Virus record (IMG/VR): IMGVR_UViG_2822706143_000001
DNA from: a virus
Length of the DNA stretch: 64,000 bases
Reading direction: 5' to 3' (one strand)
Part shown: piece by piece, positions 40,487-49,875 of the stretch
Layout of the letters: each line of letters starts with the position of its first letter
How positions within the stretch are numbered: position 1 is the first letter of the stretch
Program-made: the position numbers and the translations under genes
The notes under the pieces: model-generated
What the model saw: only the letters and a program-made list of their open reading frames with translations
What the model was told of the DNA's origin: nothing
The model's database searches: none

Positions 40487-41372
40487 TTCAAATAGCGTTT
40501 TGTTCAAATTAACGACCATAAAGTCGAACATATTTACCAGTATTTTTACCAATAAATTCATGATTACCTTAAATTTTTTTCGCCTTTTAATTGGACAGGC
40601 ATATGATGTTTTATGGAGGCATCCACTTATAGCAATCTACCTTTCTTGTCAAAGGGCATACTTATATGTGTGCTCTTTTTGTTTGTTATGAAGAAACGCT
40701 TTTGTTCACATTTCTGATACATTTATGAAACTTCATGTGTTATCTTTAATAAGTTCTTTAACTACAGAAAGATTTATTATGTAAAAAGTCCTAATCCCCT
40801 CTAGGGCTTTTTACATTGAAATAACGATTTTATAATTCATCAACATCTTCATGCCCGCGTAATACATCTGTAAACATTACTGAATTTCTTGCTTTTCTCA
40901 TTTCCCATGTGACACAACCTTTTATTGAGCGCTAGGATCAATCCTAGCCTTTTTTACGCAAGATAAAGATTTTATTTAAACTCGCACCTACACCAAAAAC
41001 ATACATACAATATTATGGGTATTCTTTTTCAATATTAGTTTTGGTCAGAGCGTCTTTCTCTCAAGGCGCTCTTTATTCTTTAATGACAGGCTCCATAACT
41101 CCAAGTAAGGCATACAATATTCAAAATTCACTCGTAAAAATCTGATTACGATTTTCTGAATTTTTTATATTTCATGAGACATTCACATACCTTACTAAGG
41201 GTGCATATAAAAATGCGCTCTTTTTGGTATGGAATGTGAAATAAAGGCTTGCTCTTAAAACCTTTTATATAATTATTGTGGGGCGGGTTCCTTACACCAG
41301 TGTGTCTGTTTACTCATAAGTTGTTAAAGTATAAATATAAATTGTTAGTTAATTTATAAGGGAGGTGTAAAA

Positions 41373-42671
41373 ATGAGTAAATTTAAAAAGAATTGTCACA
41401 TACCCTTTCCATGTGCCTTTCCTTTACCTCAAATCGGGTCTACTGGATTAACTGGTGCTACTGGACCTTCGGGACCTACTGGAGCTACCGGACCTTCAGG
41501 TGGACCTCGGGGACCTACCGGGCCTACTGGAATTCAAGGTAGCCTGGGACCTACTGGGCCTCAAGGTATTTCTGGACCTCAAGGGATTCCTGGGATTTCT
41601 GGATCTATTGGTCCAACTGGACCTTCTGGAATCCAAGGTATCCAAGGTATCCAAGGCATTCCTGGCATTCAAGGTCCTATTGGACCCACTGGAATAACAG
41701 GGGTCACTGGAATTCAAGGGATTCCTGGCATTCAAGGGATTCAAGGGATTCAAGGGATTCCTGGTCCGACCGGCCCTCAAGGGATTCCTGGCATTCCTGG
41801 TTCTGTAGGTCCAACTGGACCTTCTGGAGCTGTTGGACCTACCGGCCCTTCCGGGGGACCGCCAGGACCAACGGGCCCGACTGGACCTTCTGGGGGACCA
41901 CCAGGACCAACCGGAGTGACTGGCCCCACTGGACCTTCTGGGTCACCAGGACCAACCGGACTTCAAGGTATTCAAGGTATCCAAGGCATTCCTGGCCCCA
42001 CTGGACCTCAAGGAAGTCAAGGGATTCAGGGGATTCAAGGTAATCCGGGGCCTATTGGTCCTACTGGAATAACTGGGGCGACTGGAATTCAGGGTATCCA
42101 AGGTATTCAAGGTAATCCGGGACTTATTGGACCTATCGGCCCGACTGGCCCAACTGGGCTTCAAGGTATCCAAGGCATCCAAGGCATTCCTGGGCCTACT
42201 GGATTACCAGGAACCGCTGGAGCTACCGGATCTACTGGACCTACCGGACTTACAGTATCTGGGTTATCTCATTATGCTTATGTTTTCAATACAGCAGCTC
42301 AAGTTGTTGCCTTAGAAGCACCTATTCTTTTTAATTCACATGGTAGAATGACATCTGGTTTTACTCATACACTGGGAACTTCTCAATTAATGGTTCTTAA
42401 TGCAGGAGATTATAAAATTTCTTTTTCTGTATCAGGAGTTGAGCCTAATCAATTCACACTTTTTTTAAATGGTGCTCCGGTTACCAGCGCAGTTTATGGA
42501 TCAGGTGCAGGAACTCAACCAAACAACGGCCAAACAATCCTCGCTTTAGCTGCAGGTGATATTATTACCCTTAATAATCATACTTCCGCTGCTGCAGTTA
42601 CTTTGCAAACTTTAGCAGGTGGAACACAAACAAATATAAATGCTTCGATTGTAATTGAAAAGTTAAATTAA
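41373..42671 (+). CDS. BclA-like collagen protein with C1q/TNF-like C-terminal domain
   Basis: About 90 Gly-X-Y triplets (GPT, GIQ, GIP); C-terminal YAYVFN...[20 protein letters not shown]...NASIVIEKL. Confidence 0.9.
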   Translation: MSKFKKNCHIPFPCAFPLPQIGSTGLTGATGPSGPTGATGPSGGPRGPTGPTGIQGSLGPTGPQGISGPQGIPGISGSIGPTGPSGIQGIQGIQGIPGIQGPIGPTGITGVTGIQGIPGIQGIQGIQGIPGPTGPQGIPGIPGSVGPTGPSGAVGPTGPSGGPPGPTGPTGPSGGPPGPTGVTGPTGPSGSPGPTGLQGIQGIQGIPGPTGPQGSQGIQGIQGNPGPIGPTGITGATGIQGIQGIQGNPGLIGPIGPTGPTGLQGIQGIQGIPGPTGLPGTAGATGSTGPTGLTVSGLSHYAYVFNTAAQVVALEAPILFNSHGRMTSGFTHTLGTSQLMVLNAGDYKISFSVSGVEPNQFTLFLNGAPVTSAVYGSGAGTQPNNGQTILALAAGDIITLNNHTSAAAVTLQTLAGGTQTNINASIVIEKLN

Positions 42672-43219
42672 TTATTTCTTGAAGCTCTGGCATTCAATAA
42701 TCTAGAGGGGATTCTTTTTTCAACAAGTAGTTAGCATTAGCGATTCATTGTCACATTACGATGAAATGGTCATATATTATTTCGAAGCAAGAAACCCTAA
42801 TCTACTTTTCAACATTTCACTTTTTCCCTAAAGAGCACCGTAAGTAAGTGCTCTTTTCTCATGGAATAAAAACTTGTCGCATTTATACCTGACAAGTATA
42901 CGTTATTGTATGGAGACTCTCCACTCATGGAAATCTACCTTTCTTGTCTCTGAGCACGCTTATATGTGTGCTCTTTTTCGCTTGTTATGAAATAAAGATT
43001 TTGTTTAGAATTTGCACATACGTTAAAAATACACATAGGATATATTGTTACCACTTTTCGATATGAGCCTTGGTCAAAGAGTGCTTTCCCGGGCGCTCTT
43101 TTTATGTTTAAATAAAGATTTTGTTTTACTTTTGCTAGCTACCCTTCCCTTGTATAAATGCACCTTTTTTTACATACCATATTAAAATCCAAATAATTCT
43201 CTTTTAGGACGGTACTAAT

Positions 43220-43312
43220 TTGAACAAGACATTAAAATACATTTTAATCTTCTTTTGTGCGATGTATTATATTGTAATTATTGGCTGTATTGTCTATCTA
43301 AACTTTGTTTAA
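43220..43312 (+). CDS. 30-aa single-TM peptide (possibly nonsense-truncated)
   Basis: TTG start with AGGACGGT RBS; MNKTLKYILIFFCAMYYIVIIGCIVYLNFV. Confidence 0.55.
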   Translation: MNKTLKYILIFFCAMYYIVIIGCIVYLNFV

Positions 43313-43555
43313 GAGCATTTTATTCCTCCAAGCAAGAAATCAATCTAAGAACGAACATAAGCATTTATAATTAGGCATAAGGAGCGCTCCACAAGGCGTT
43401 CTTTAGCTTTAAAATAAGAATTTTATAAAAAAATGCTCACTTTCAATTCCTCTATTTCCGTCATTTTGATTCTACCTTCCCCCTTATAACAAGATGAGCT
43501 CCTTTGTTAACCCTATAAAAAACAACCTAAATATGGTAAAATTTAAATAAGGTAG

Positions 43556-43867
43556 GTGAATATAATGAGTGGATTTGTAGTTTGCACACTTGTTAGTCTA
43601 ATCGTTGTAATAATGGGTTATCTGATTCATATTAAAAAACAATTATTTCTTATTGCTGGATACCAAGATGCTAATTTTATTGGTGATAAAAATAAACTAG
43701 CTAAATTACTCGGCATATTTGCTTACATAGTAGGAATTGCTACTTTTTTACTACCTTTCGGACTTGAATTTTTCGGCGGCATAAGTGGCAAAATCTATGC
43801 AAACTGTGTTGTTGCAGGCACAGTTTTTGTTTTGGTTAGAGAACAAATGATTAATAAACCTTTTTAA
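43556..43867 (+). CDS. DUF3784-like membrane protein
   Basis: KKQLFLIAGY motif, three TM helices, own terminator at 43868-43893. Confidence 0.75.
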   Translation: MNIMSGFVVCTLVSLIVVIMGYLIHIKKQLFLIAGYQDANFIGDKNKLAKLLGIFAYIVGIATFLLPFGLEFFGGISGKIYANCVVAGTVFVLVREQMINKPF

Positions 43868-43924
43868 AAAGAGTCTTAATACGGCTCTTTTTTATTGATA
43901 AAACTAATTCAAATAACTATTTTG

Positions 43925-44527
43925 TTATAAAGTAACTGCTTCTGCTGCCGGTTTGCTTTTCTCTAATTGTTCAATTGCCATTTGCAATCCTAACCAGTAA
44001 CCAATTAAACGACGTGGCAACCTTTTACCGAAATTCCAAATGTCTTCCAACGTGTCAGAATCTAAGGAGCTGCTATGATAAACGTCACTTAACCAAAAAT
44101 GGTAACCTTCCATAGATGAACTCTCATCAATTGCTGAAATAATACGATCATATACTTCCTGTCCGTCTTCTCTTGTTTCGTTTATATCGTAGTCCTTCCA
44201 ATATTCATCAAGTTCCCTTTTTGCCTTTTCTTCATCAAAATTCCAACGTTCTTCACAAAAAGCCGTTAACTTTTCAGTAAAATACCCTAAATTGAATCCT
44301 TTAATATTTTCTAATGTTGCTGGACATGTAAGGTTATACACCGCTTCGCCAATATCCCCTGAAATAAATACGTTATATCCTGCAAGAACAAATTTAGTAC
44401 GATACATATTTGTTCCAGGCTTGCCCCAATAAACAACCTGTAACCCTTCTTCACCTTGAATTTCAGCTACATGATCTACAAACCAATTCTCTCTAATATC
44501 TTTAGTTGCTTTTTCAACGTATTCCAT
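43925..44527 (-). CDS. Phage early hypothetical protein
   Basis: RBS GAGGGGG; bounded on both sides by the 15-bp motif. Confidence 0.75.
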   Translation of the reverse strand: MEYVEKATKDIRENWFVDHVAEIQGEEGLQVVYWGKPGTNMYRTKFVLAGYNVFISGDIGEAVYNLTCPATLENIKGFNLGYFTEKLTAFCEERWNFDEEKAKRELDEYWKDYDINETREDGQEVYDRIISAIDESSSMEGYHFWLSDVYHSSSLDSDTLEDIWNFGKRLPRRLIGYWLGLQMAIEQLEKSKPAAEAVTL

Positions 44528-44724
44528 TTTTCATTTCCCCCTCTTTGTATTCAAATAACGCTTTTGTAATAAATTCTCTTAATAAAATCCTCTTGTTACA
44601 ATTATCCCTTCAATTAAAATTACTTCCTATGAGCCGTGCCCCCTTAATAAAAACAAGCATCTAATAAGGTGAAGTATTTTTATATTTCGATAAGTATTAT
44701 TTAACAAATGAAAGGATGTTGTAT

Positions 44725-45057
44725 ATGTGTTGTTGTACAGACCCTCAGTTTGTCTCTATTTCTACATGCAATTCTTTCACGACAACAGGAGGTGATGTAG
44801 TTGGTGGAGCTACAGTATTTAACAATACTGGAGGTCCAGTTCTTTCCGGCTATGTCACTCTTACTAATAACCCTGCAAGTGGTGCAATTACTGCCTTTTT
44901 AGCGAACAATGGTACAAATATTATTGGCCCAATAACTCCAGGTAATAGCCAAACTGTTTTTGTGTCAAACATAGGAACATTGGTTGCTTTTTCTGGCACC
45001 GCTGGTCAACCTGTTAGTGGTAGAGTTTGTGTTGAAGCTGCACGTCAAGTAGCATAG
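44725..45057 (+). CDS. Ena-like endospore appendage subunit (DUF3992-type)
   Basis: MCCC N-terminal connector; SGYV, PGNSQTV and GRVC motifs typical of the Ena jelly-roll; AAAGGA RBS before ATG 44725. Confidence 0.65.
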   Translation: MCCCTDPQFVSISTCNSFTTTGGDVVGGATVFNNTGGPVLSGYVTLTNNPASGAITAFLANNGTNIIGPITPGNSQTVFVSNIGTLVAFSGTAGQPVSGRVCVEAARQVA

Positions 45058-45150
45058 ATTGTCAGAAAAAGATATTAATTCATTTTGGATTTAATATCTT
45101 TTTCTTAATTTATATACAACGCTTATACTATTGAAATGAGGCATTATATT

Positions 45151-45561
45151 ATGAAAAAAAATTCTTTGGATTTTAAATATCTATTTCCAATACCCTGTGC
45201 TTTTCCAATACCAACCTGTGATTCATTACCAATACCAAAAGAAAAACAAAAACTTGTATGTAATGAAATTTGTGGTAACTTTCTACTTAATGACAACCCT
45301 ACCTTTCTAGAAGTTTGGGAAAAGAGAATAGAACAACCTATTACTGCTACTGTCACAGTCTTTAACAGTTTACAAGGTTCACTAATTGAAGTTAGCGTAC
45401 AACAAAGCATGAGTAAGTCCATCCTTTTCATAGTCCCTCCTGGAAATTCAATTTCCAAAACAATTGAAGATACACAATCAGTTACTATTCGTCTCTTAGA
45501 ACCTGGCAGTGCAAGCGGAAAATTCTGTTTAGATATACATTTCGCTATAAAGTCCCTATAA
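45151..45561 (+). CDS. Ena1C-like endospore appendage protein (DUF3992-type)
   Basis: LVCNEICG, VW, TVTVFN, PGNSIS, QSVT and GKFC align with my recollection of Ena1C; GAGG RBS. Confidence 0.75.
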   Translation: MKKNSLDFKYLFPIPCAFPIPTCDSLPIPKEKQKLVCNEICGNFLLNDNPTFLEVWEKRIEQPITATVTVFNSLQGSLIEVSVQQSMSKSILFIVPPGNSISKTIEDTQSVTIRLLEPGSASGKFCLDIHFAIKSL

Positions 45562-45626
45562 ATATTGAAGGGGCTTATACATACTCTCAAAACCTCTTCC
45601 TTTTTTATAATAAAATTCAAATTTGA

Positions 45627-45827
45627 TTAAAGTAACTGTGTTTTTCGTTCTTCCATACGAATTACTTTTCCACTTTGATATACAAATGATTGTTCACCAA
45701 ATCCACCTTGGGGTGGTTCTATTAGTTGGACCTGACCATTTTTAACAACATATATTCCGTTTATTTTCAAATCTATTTCAGCTGTCATTTCTTCAAGTTT
45801 TTCTTTAATAATTCCCACTAAGACCAC
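45627..45827 (-). CDS. DUF3954 / XtrA-YqaO-like protein
   Basis: NGIYVVKNG..PP..GFGEQ.....GKV.R motif. Confidence 0.75.
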   Translation of the reverse strand: MVLVGIIKEKLEEMTAEIDLKINGIYVVKNGQVQLIEPPQGGFGEQSFVYQSGKVIRMEERKTQLL

Positions 45828-45889
45828 TCCCGTATGTTATGATTATTTTGTCGAAGCAAGTCGGGAGTAATCTCGACTTTTTTATTTTG

Positions 45890-46252
45890 TTATAGATATT
45901 CCACAACATTATCGGGAATAAATGATTGTTCTAATGATAAATAAAGTCGTATTGAAATCGGTTCTTTATTATCTCTCGCAGACTTGCAAAGCTCCACCGC
46001 TTCTTCCCAATCGAACTGCTTATCTTCCACTCGCTTAAATCTCCAAATTCCAATTGTATATTCCTCAAATAATTCATACTGATCATTTGGCGCTGTTGTT
46101 GGTTTTAATTCATCAGTAGCTCTTACTTGCTTTGGTACTTGAACAGCTACATCCGTAAAACGAACTTTAGAATTTAATCGATAAATGTGTGCTTTCTCAG
46201 TATCGAATGCTACTACAGGCTCAACATCAAATATTGTTAACTGCTTTGGCAT
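45890..46252 (-). CDS. Phage early hypothetical protein
   Basis: MPKQLTIFD start; operon position. Confidence 0.65.
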   Translation of the reverse strand: MPKQLTIFDVEPVVAFDTEKAHIYRLNSKVRFTDVAVQVPKQVRATDELKPTTAPNDQYELFEEYTIGIWRFKRVEDKQFDWEEAVELCKSARDNKEPISIRLYLSLEQSFIPDNVVEYL

Positions 46253-46262
46253 TACAATCCTC

Positions 46263-47240
46263 CTAAGCCTCTTTTTTATATTTAGATAACACTTGTTCTA
46301 AACGTTTCCGTTCAGCTTCTAATTCGATTTCACTATGCTCTACTGACTGAGAATGTGTTTCCGTATCTTGAGTATGTAACCAATCAGGAACAATTTCTTT
46401 TCGAGCATTACTACTCCCACCACGAGACTGGTATTTCTTACGGAATTGAGTTTGTGCAGCTTCAACATCAGTAATACTCTTATACCCCTTAGCATGCCAA
46501 TCTCTTAAAATACCTTGTACATAAGACATATTAGGTGCATTCTTTTCTAAAGCTATTTTCATTGCTTTAATAACAAGCTGTGCATTCAAATCTTCAATCC
46601 ACGCATTAATCCCTTGAGCCACAAATGGTTTAAGAACTCCAAAGTTTTGCTCATAAAATGCTATTGGATTTTCTTCTGCAACTTTTTTATCTCTTGAGCA
46701 GCTTGCTGCTTCTTTTTTTGTTTTTGTTTCTTCTTTTTCTTTTGTTTCTGTTTTTGTTTCTTCTTTTTCCTTGATAGGGTCTTCGAAGCCCCTTATAAGC
46801 CACTCAAAACGAGCTTGGAAGTATTCCTTAATACGAGGAATTTTAAAATCTTGCTGCTGTTCTAAATCTAAACATGTCTCATAAAAATCAATTAAAAAAT
46901 CTTCACACTTAATATTCTGGATTTCTTTTAACACACACTTTTCAATATTCATATTTGTAATAGCATTGAATTTAAGCCAATTAATCAACATAATTTCTTT
47001 CGTCTTTTTGTTGTAATGAATTTTCCCGTAATCAGCAAACCGCTCTAGCAGCTTCTCAACCGTTTCACGGTTATACCCTGTATCCATTTCTATCACTCGT
47101 AATGGAAGCTCATAGATACCACTCTGAGAAGTTTTGCTATTAGTCATTAAGTATAAGTAGAAGTATTTCTCCTCCGGTGTAAGATCTAAAACGAAAGCAT
47201 CTTGCCAATATGAAACTTGAACAGGTCTATAAACTGCCAT
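46263..47240 (-). CDS. Phage replication initiator (DnaD/DnaB_2 domain)
   Basis: LTPEEKYFYLYLMTN N-terminal wHTH; FYEQNFG...YVQGILRDW DnaD domain; probable start MAVYRPV. Confidence 0.9.
   Translation of the reverse strand: MAVYRPVQVSYWQDAFVLDLTPEEKYFYLYLMTNSKTSQSGIYELPLRVIEMDTGYNRETVEKLLERFADYGKIHYNKKTKEIMLINWLKFNAITNMNIEKCVLKEIQNIKCEDFLIDFYETCLDLEQQQDFKIPRIKEYFQARFEWLIRGFEDPIKEKEETKTETKEKEETKTKKEAASCSRDKKVAEENPIAFYEQNFGVLKPFVAQGINAWIEDLNAQLVIKAMKIALEKNAPNMSYVQGILRDWHAKGYKSITDVEAAQTQFRKKYQSRGGSSNARKEIVPDWLHTQDTETHSQSVEHSEIELEAERKRLEQVLSKYKKEA
46700..46772. repeat. Direct repeats in the initiator gene (probable origin iterons)
   Basis: tttttgtttcttctttttc repeated (KEKEETKT x2). Confidence 0.6.
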
Positions 47241-47357
47241 ATTATTCATCCTCCATTGTTTTACTTGATTTGCTTTGATATACTTAATCCAATTCAATTT
47301 TTAGAAAAACTCTCTATAAGAGTCTAAAATCTATCACTCTGCAAAGTGATAGATTTT

Positions 47358-47642
47358 TTAATTTCTTCGACTAACTACTGATGCATTGATCCCCTGCCCT
47401 TGAAGACTTTTAACAACTACACGATAATTCTTTGATACATCGTGATCCTCTTTTTCATTACGAAGGCTCTTGAATTCTTTTACGCATCTATTTAATTCTT
47501 TCTCCCAATGATTTGCTTCATCTAATGAACCAGCATTGAACATGTTATGAATACATGTCACCATGCAGTTATGTAATTCATTTGCAAAAGCAAAATCACC
47601 TGGTAGAACTAAGTCGAACAGACGATTACATTCTACTTTCAT
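47358..47642 (-). CDS. Phage hypothetical protein
   Basis: Early operon, with an RBS. Confidence 0.65.
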   Translation of the reverse strand: MKVECNRLFDLVLPGDFAFANELHNCMVTCIHNMFNAGSLDEANHWEKELNRCVKEFKSLRNEKEDHDVSKNYRVVVKSLQGQGINASVVSRRN

Positions 47643-47820
47643 AATTTGCTCCCCATTTTTAATAATTTGATACTGTACGCATCGTTATGACCAGAATGTA
47701 ATGTATATTAAGCGGTTTGAGTTAACAAATCTTTCTGGTCATAACGACAAGCACAACAGCTTGTCGCACTAAATTGTTATATGCTATAATTAATCTACTG
47801 TCATGATTGGCTATCGCAGG

Positions 47821-48042
47821 CTACGCGGTGGCCTTTCCTTTTTTCTTTTTGTTTTTCAAAACAAATGCTGCTTCTATAATTCGAATTCTTATCTCCATTA
47901 ATTTCTTCTCTTGTTTTAAATCCCTAGCTTTCATATAGTCCCCACAAACTGCTGCAATTCTAATATCACCATATAAATTTGCTTCCTTACGAATTAGCGT
48001 TTTATATTGATTTAAAGTTGGACTTGCATAATCAATTGTCAT
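47821..48042 (-). CDS. Phage hypothetical protein
   Basis: GGGAGG RBS. Confidence 0.65.
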   Translation of the reverse strand: MTIDYASPTLNQYKTLIRKEANLYGDIRIAAVCGDYMKARDLKQEKKLMEIRIRIIEAAFVLKNKKKKGKATA

Positions 48043-48072
48043 AACTTAAACCTCCCCAATAAAATAATTAAA

Positions 48073-48588
48073 TTAACCTTTTATATACTTCCTAGCTCGT
48101 AATGATACTTTCCAGTACTTAAAGACTTCTTTCATTGAAATACCATATTGATCACATAGGACCGCTACGAGGCTCATCATCGAACCTGTAGCATCCAGGA
48201 CTTCATGCATTACCTTTTTCAAATCCTCTTTCTCTCTTTCAGACCAAGTTTGTGAAGGCTTAAACCAACATACCGTATCGAGTTGTTTCAAAGCTTCATT
48301 TATTTCTTGATTGACCATGTACCTCATACTTGTAGGATGAAGATCTATATGCTCTCCATTAAAGAATGGGACACTTACATGACCTGTTGCTTCATTCCAC
48401 ATTTTAAAAAATAACTGCGGATCATCAATTCCTTCAGTAATACATTTTCGTAAATCTTCTGGTATCCGTCGTTGTTCAGTTTCATATTTTGCTAGTGACT
48501 CACGACTCACGGGGATTTCTAAGGAGAGTTGTTCTTGGGTGATTCCCTTTCGTTTGCGTGCCATAGCAACTTCTTTTCCTATGGACAT
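48073..48588 (-). CDS. XRE-HTH phage regulator with C-terminal extension
   Basis: RKRKGITQEQLS...SRESLAKYETEQRRIP. Confidence 0.8.
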   Translation of the reverse strand: MSIGKEVAMARKRKGITQEQLSLEIPVSRESLAKYETEQRRIPEDLRKCITEGIDDPQLFFKMWNEATGHVSVPFFNGEHIDLHPTSMRYMVNQEINEALKQLDTVCWFKPSQTWSEREKEDLKKVMHEVLDATGSMMSLVAVLCDQYGISMKEVFKYWKVSLRARKYIKG

Positions 48589-48656
48589 CGTTTACTTCCC
48601 CCCATTCGTACCTAAAGCAATATTTATTTGTGACAACTTACTATGGTAATTTATTA

Positions 48657-48956
48657 TTAGACGGATTCTTTAAATGGATTGTAATACTCTGTATTGTTTT
48701 CTACCCATTCAGTGTGGTTTTCCATCCACTTAAAAAGAAGATGTGTAGGAATAAGAACTCCTGCTTCGCGACATACTGGAAAATCAGAACGGTTTAATAA
48801 CTCAGATGCTTTAGTGCGTTTAATATGTAACAGGTCCATTAATTCTGTAATAGTTAAAAATGGTGGTAATTCTTTCATTGGTTGAAGGTGTTCAGTTGCT
48901 TTTTGTACTTCTTCTCGGATTATTTTACGGAATGATTCGATGTCAAAATTAATCAT
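48657..48956 (-). CDS. Excisionase-like HTH protein
   Basis: PFLTITELMDLLHIKRTKASELL..DFP. Confidence 0.7.
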   Translation of the reverse strand: MINFDIESFRKIIREEVQKATEHLQPMKELPPFLTITELMDLLHIKRTKASELLNRSDFPVCREAGVLIPTHLLFKWMENHTEWVENNTEYYNPFKESV

Positions 48957-48986
48957 ATTTCTCCCCCCTAGTAGTCTTTTTTAAAA

Positions 48987-49327
48987 CCGCACATTTTGTG
49001 TTGTTAATAATCAAAAAAAATAGATTGAACTGTAACACCATAAAAATTAGCTAATTTTATTTTTATACTATCTCTTGGAATTCTCTGTGCATTCTCATAC
49101 ATTTGCAATGTACTCACACTGATTCCTATAGCCTCTGCAATTTCCTCTCTAGATTTTCCATTTCTTAAATTAACAAGAGTTGCCGCTACTTTTCTCTTAT
49201 TCATATCTGAACCTCCCAACCACACATATTGTGTTGTTATTTTTAAATATAAACCACACATTTTGTGTTGTCAACACTTTTCGTGCGGTTGAAACTTATA
49301 AACTTAATTAAATAACACACAATGTGT
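48987..49327. promoter_or_regulatory. Immunity-region operators
   Basis: CC(A/G)CAC-N5-GTGTTG at 48987, 49220, 49254 and 49272 (inverted), plus a related site at 49313. Confidence 0.8.
49004..49204 (-). CDS. Cro-like repressor
   Basis: SREEIAEAIGISVSTLQMYENAQRIP; divergent from cI; GGGAGG RBS. Confidence 0.85.
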   Translation of the reverse strand: MNKRKVAATLVNLRNGKSREEIAEAIGISVSTLQMYENAQRIPRDSIKIKLANFYGVTVQSIFFDY

Positions 49328-49349
49328 TATTATAAGGACAGGTGATAAA

Positions 49350-49712
49350 ATGAAAACATTTGGAAATATACTTCGCGAATTAAGAAAAGAAAAGAAAATA
49401 ACTCAAAAAGATTTAGCACATATGCTTAAACTTAGTGAAAGCACCATCGGTATGTACGAGAGAAATGAGCGCCAACCCGATTATGACACATTAAATCGTA
49501 TTGCTAATTATTTTAAAGTAACAACTGACTTCCTGCTTGGAAGAACAACTAGTTATCCAGAACCTATGCCAGCTGATATTGATGAAGATCCAGAACTGAG
49601 TCTCTGGTTTAAAAATATTAAAGATGCTTCACCTGAAAAACGCGAGGAGTTAAAACGCTTTTGGGCGTTTATAATGCAGAACGAAAAAAATAGAAAAAAT
49701 GGAGATAAATAA
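49350..49712 (+). CDS. CI/ImmR-like repressor (XRE HTH)
   Basis: LRELRKEKKITQKDLA..LSESTIGMYERNERQPDY...DFLLGR. Confidence 0.9.
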   Translation: MKTFGNILRELRKEKKITQKDLAHMLKLSESTIGMYERNERQPDYDTLNRIANYFKVTTDFLLGRTTSYPEPMPADIDEDPELSLWFKNIKDASPEKREELKRFWAFIMQNEKNRKNGDK

Positions 49713-49875
49713 AATAGAGGGTTTATTAACAACAAAACACGCTTTATGCGTGTATTTGTTTTACAATATATTCATTTTATCAATATATTATCTTTATTAA
49801 ATAGAGAAGGGTGGTTAATATTATCATTATACTTTAAGTAGTAAAGTGCAGCATTTCAGAAAAGGAGGTTCTTGA

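Larger units (their letters stand above)
40320..45625. repeat. Dispersed 15-bp motif AAATAAnGnTTTT(G/A)T delimiting cassettes
   Basis: Copies at 40490, 40691, 40819, 40961, 42990, 43110, 43412, 43911 and 44553; degenerate copies at 40321, 42864 and about 45609. Confidence 0.85.

Noticed and set aside
40500-40691. 63-aa ORF, and ATG-started mini-ORFs at 40613 and 42910
   Set aside because: They cross promoter and terminator elements, and the shared motif is in different frames in the two copies, so non-coding is more likely.
40760-40787. TTATGTAAAAA half-site in the cassette array
   Set aside because: No convincing XerC-type arm; it forms part of a terminator stem.
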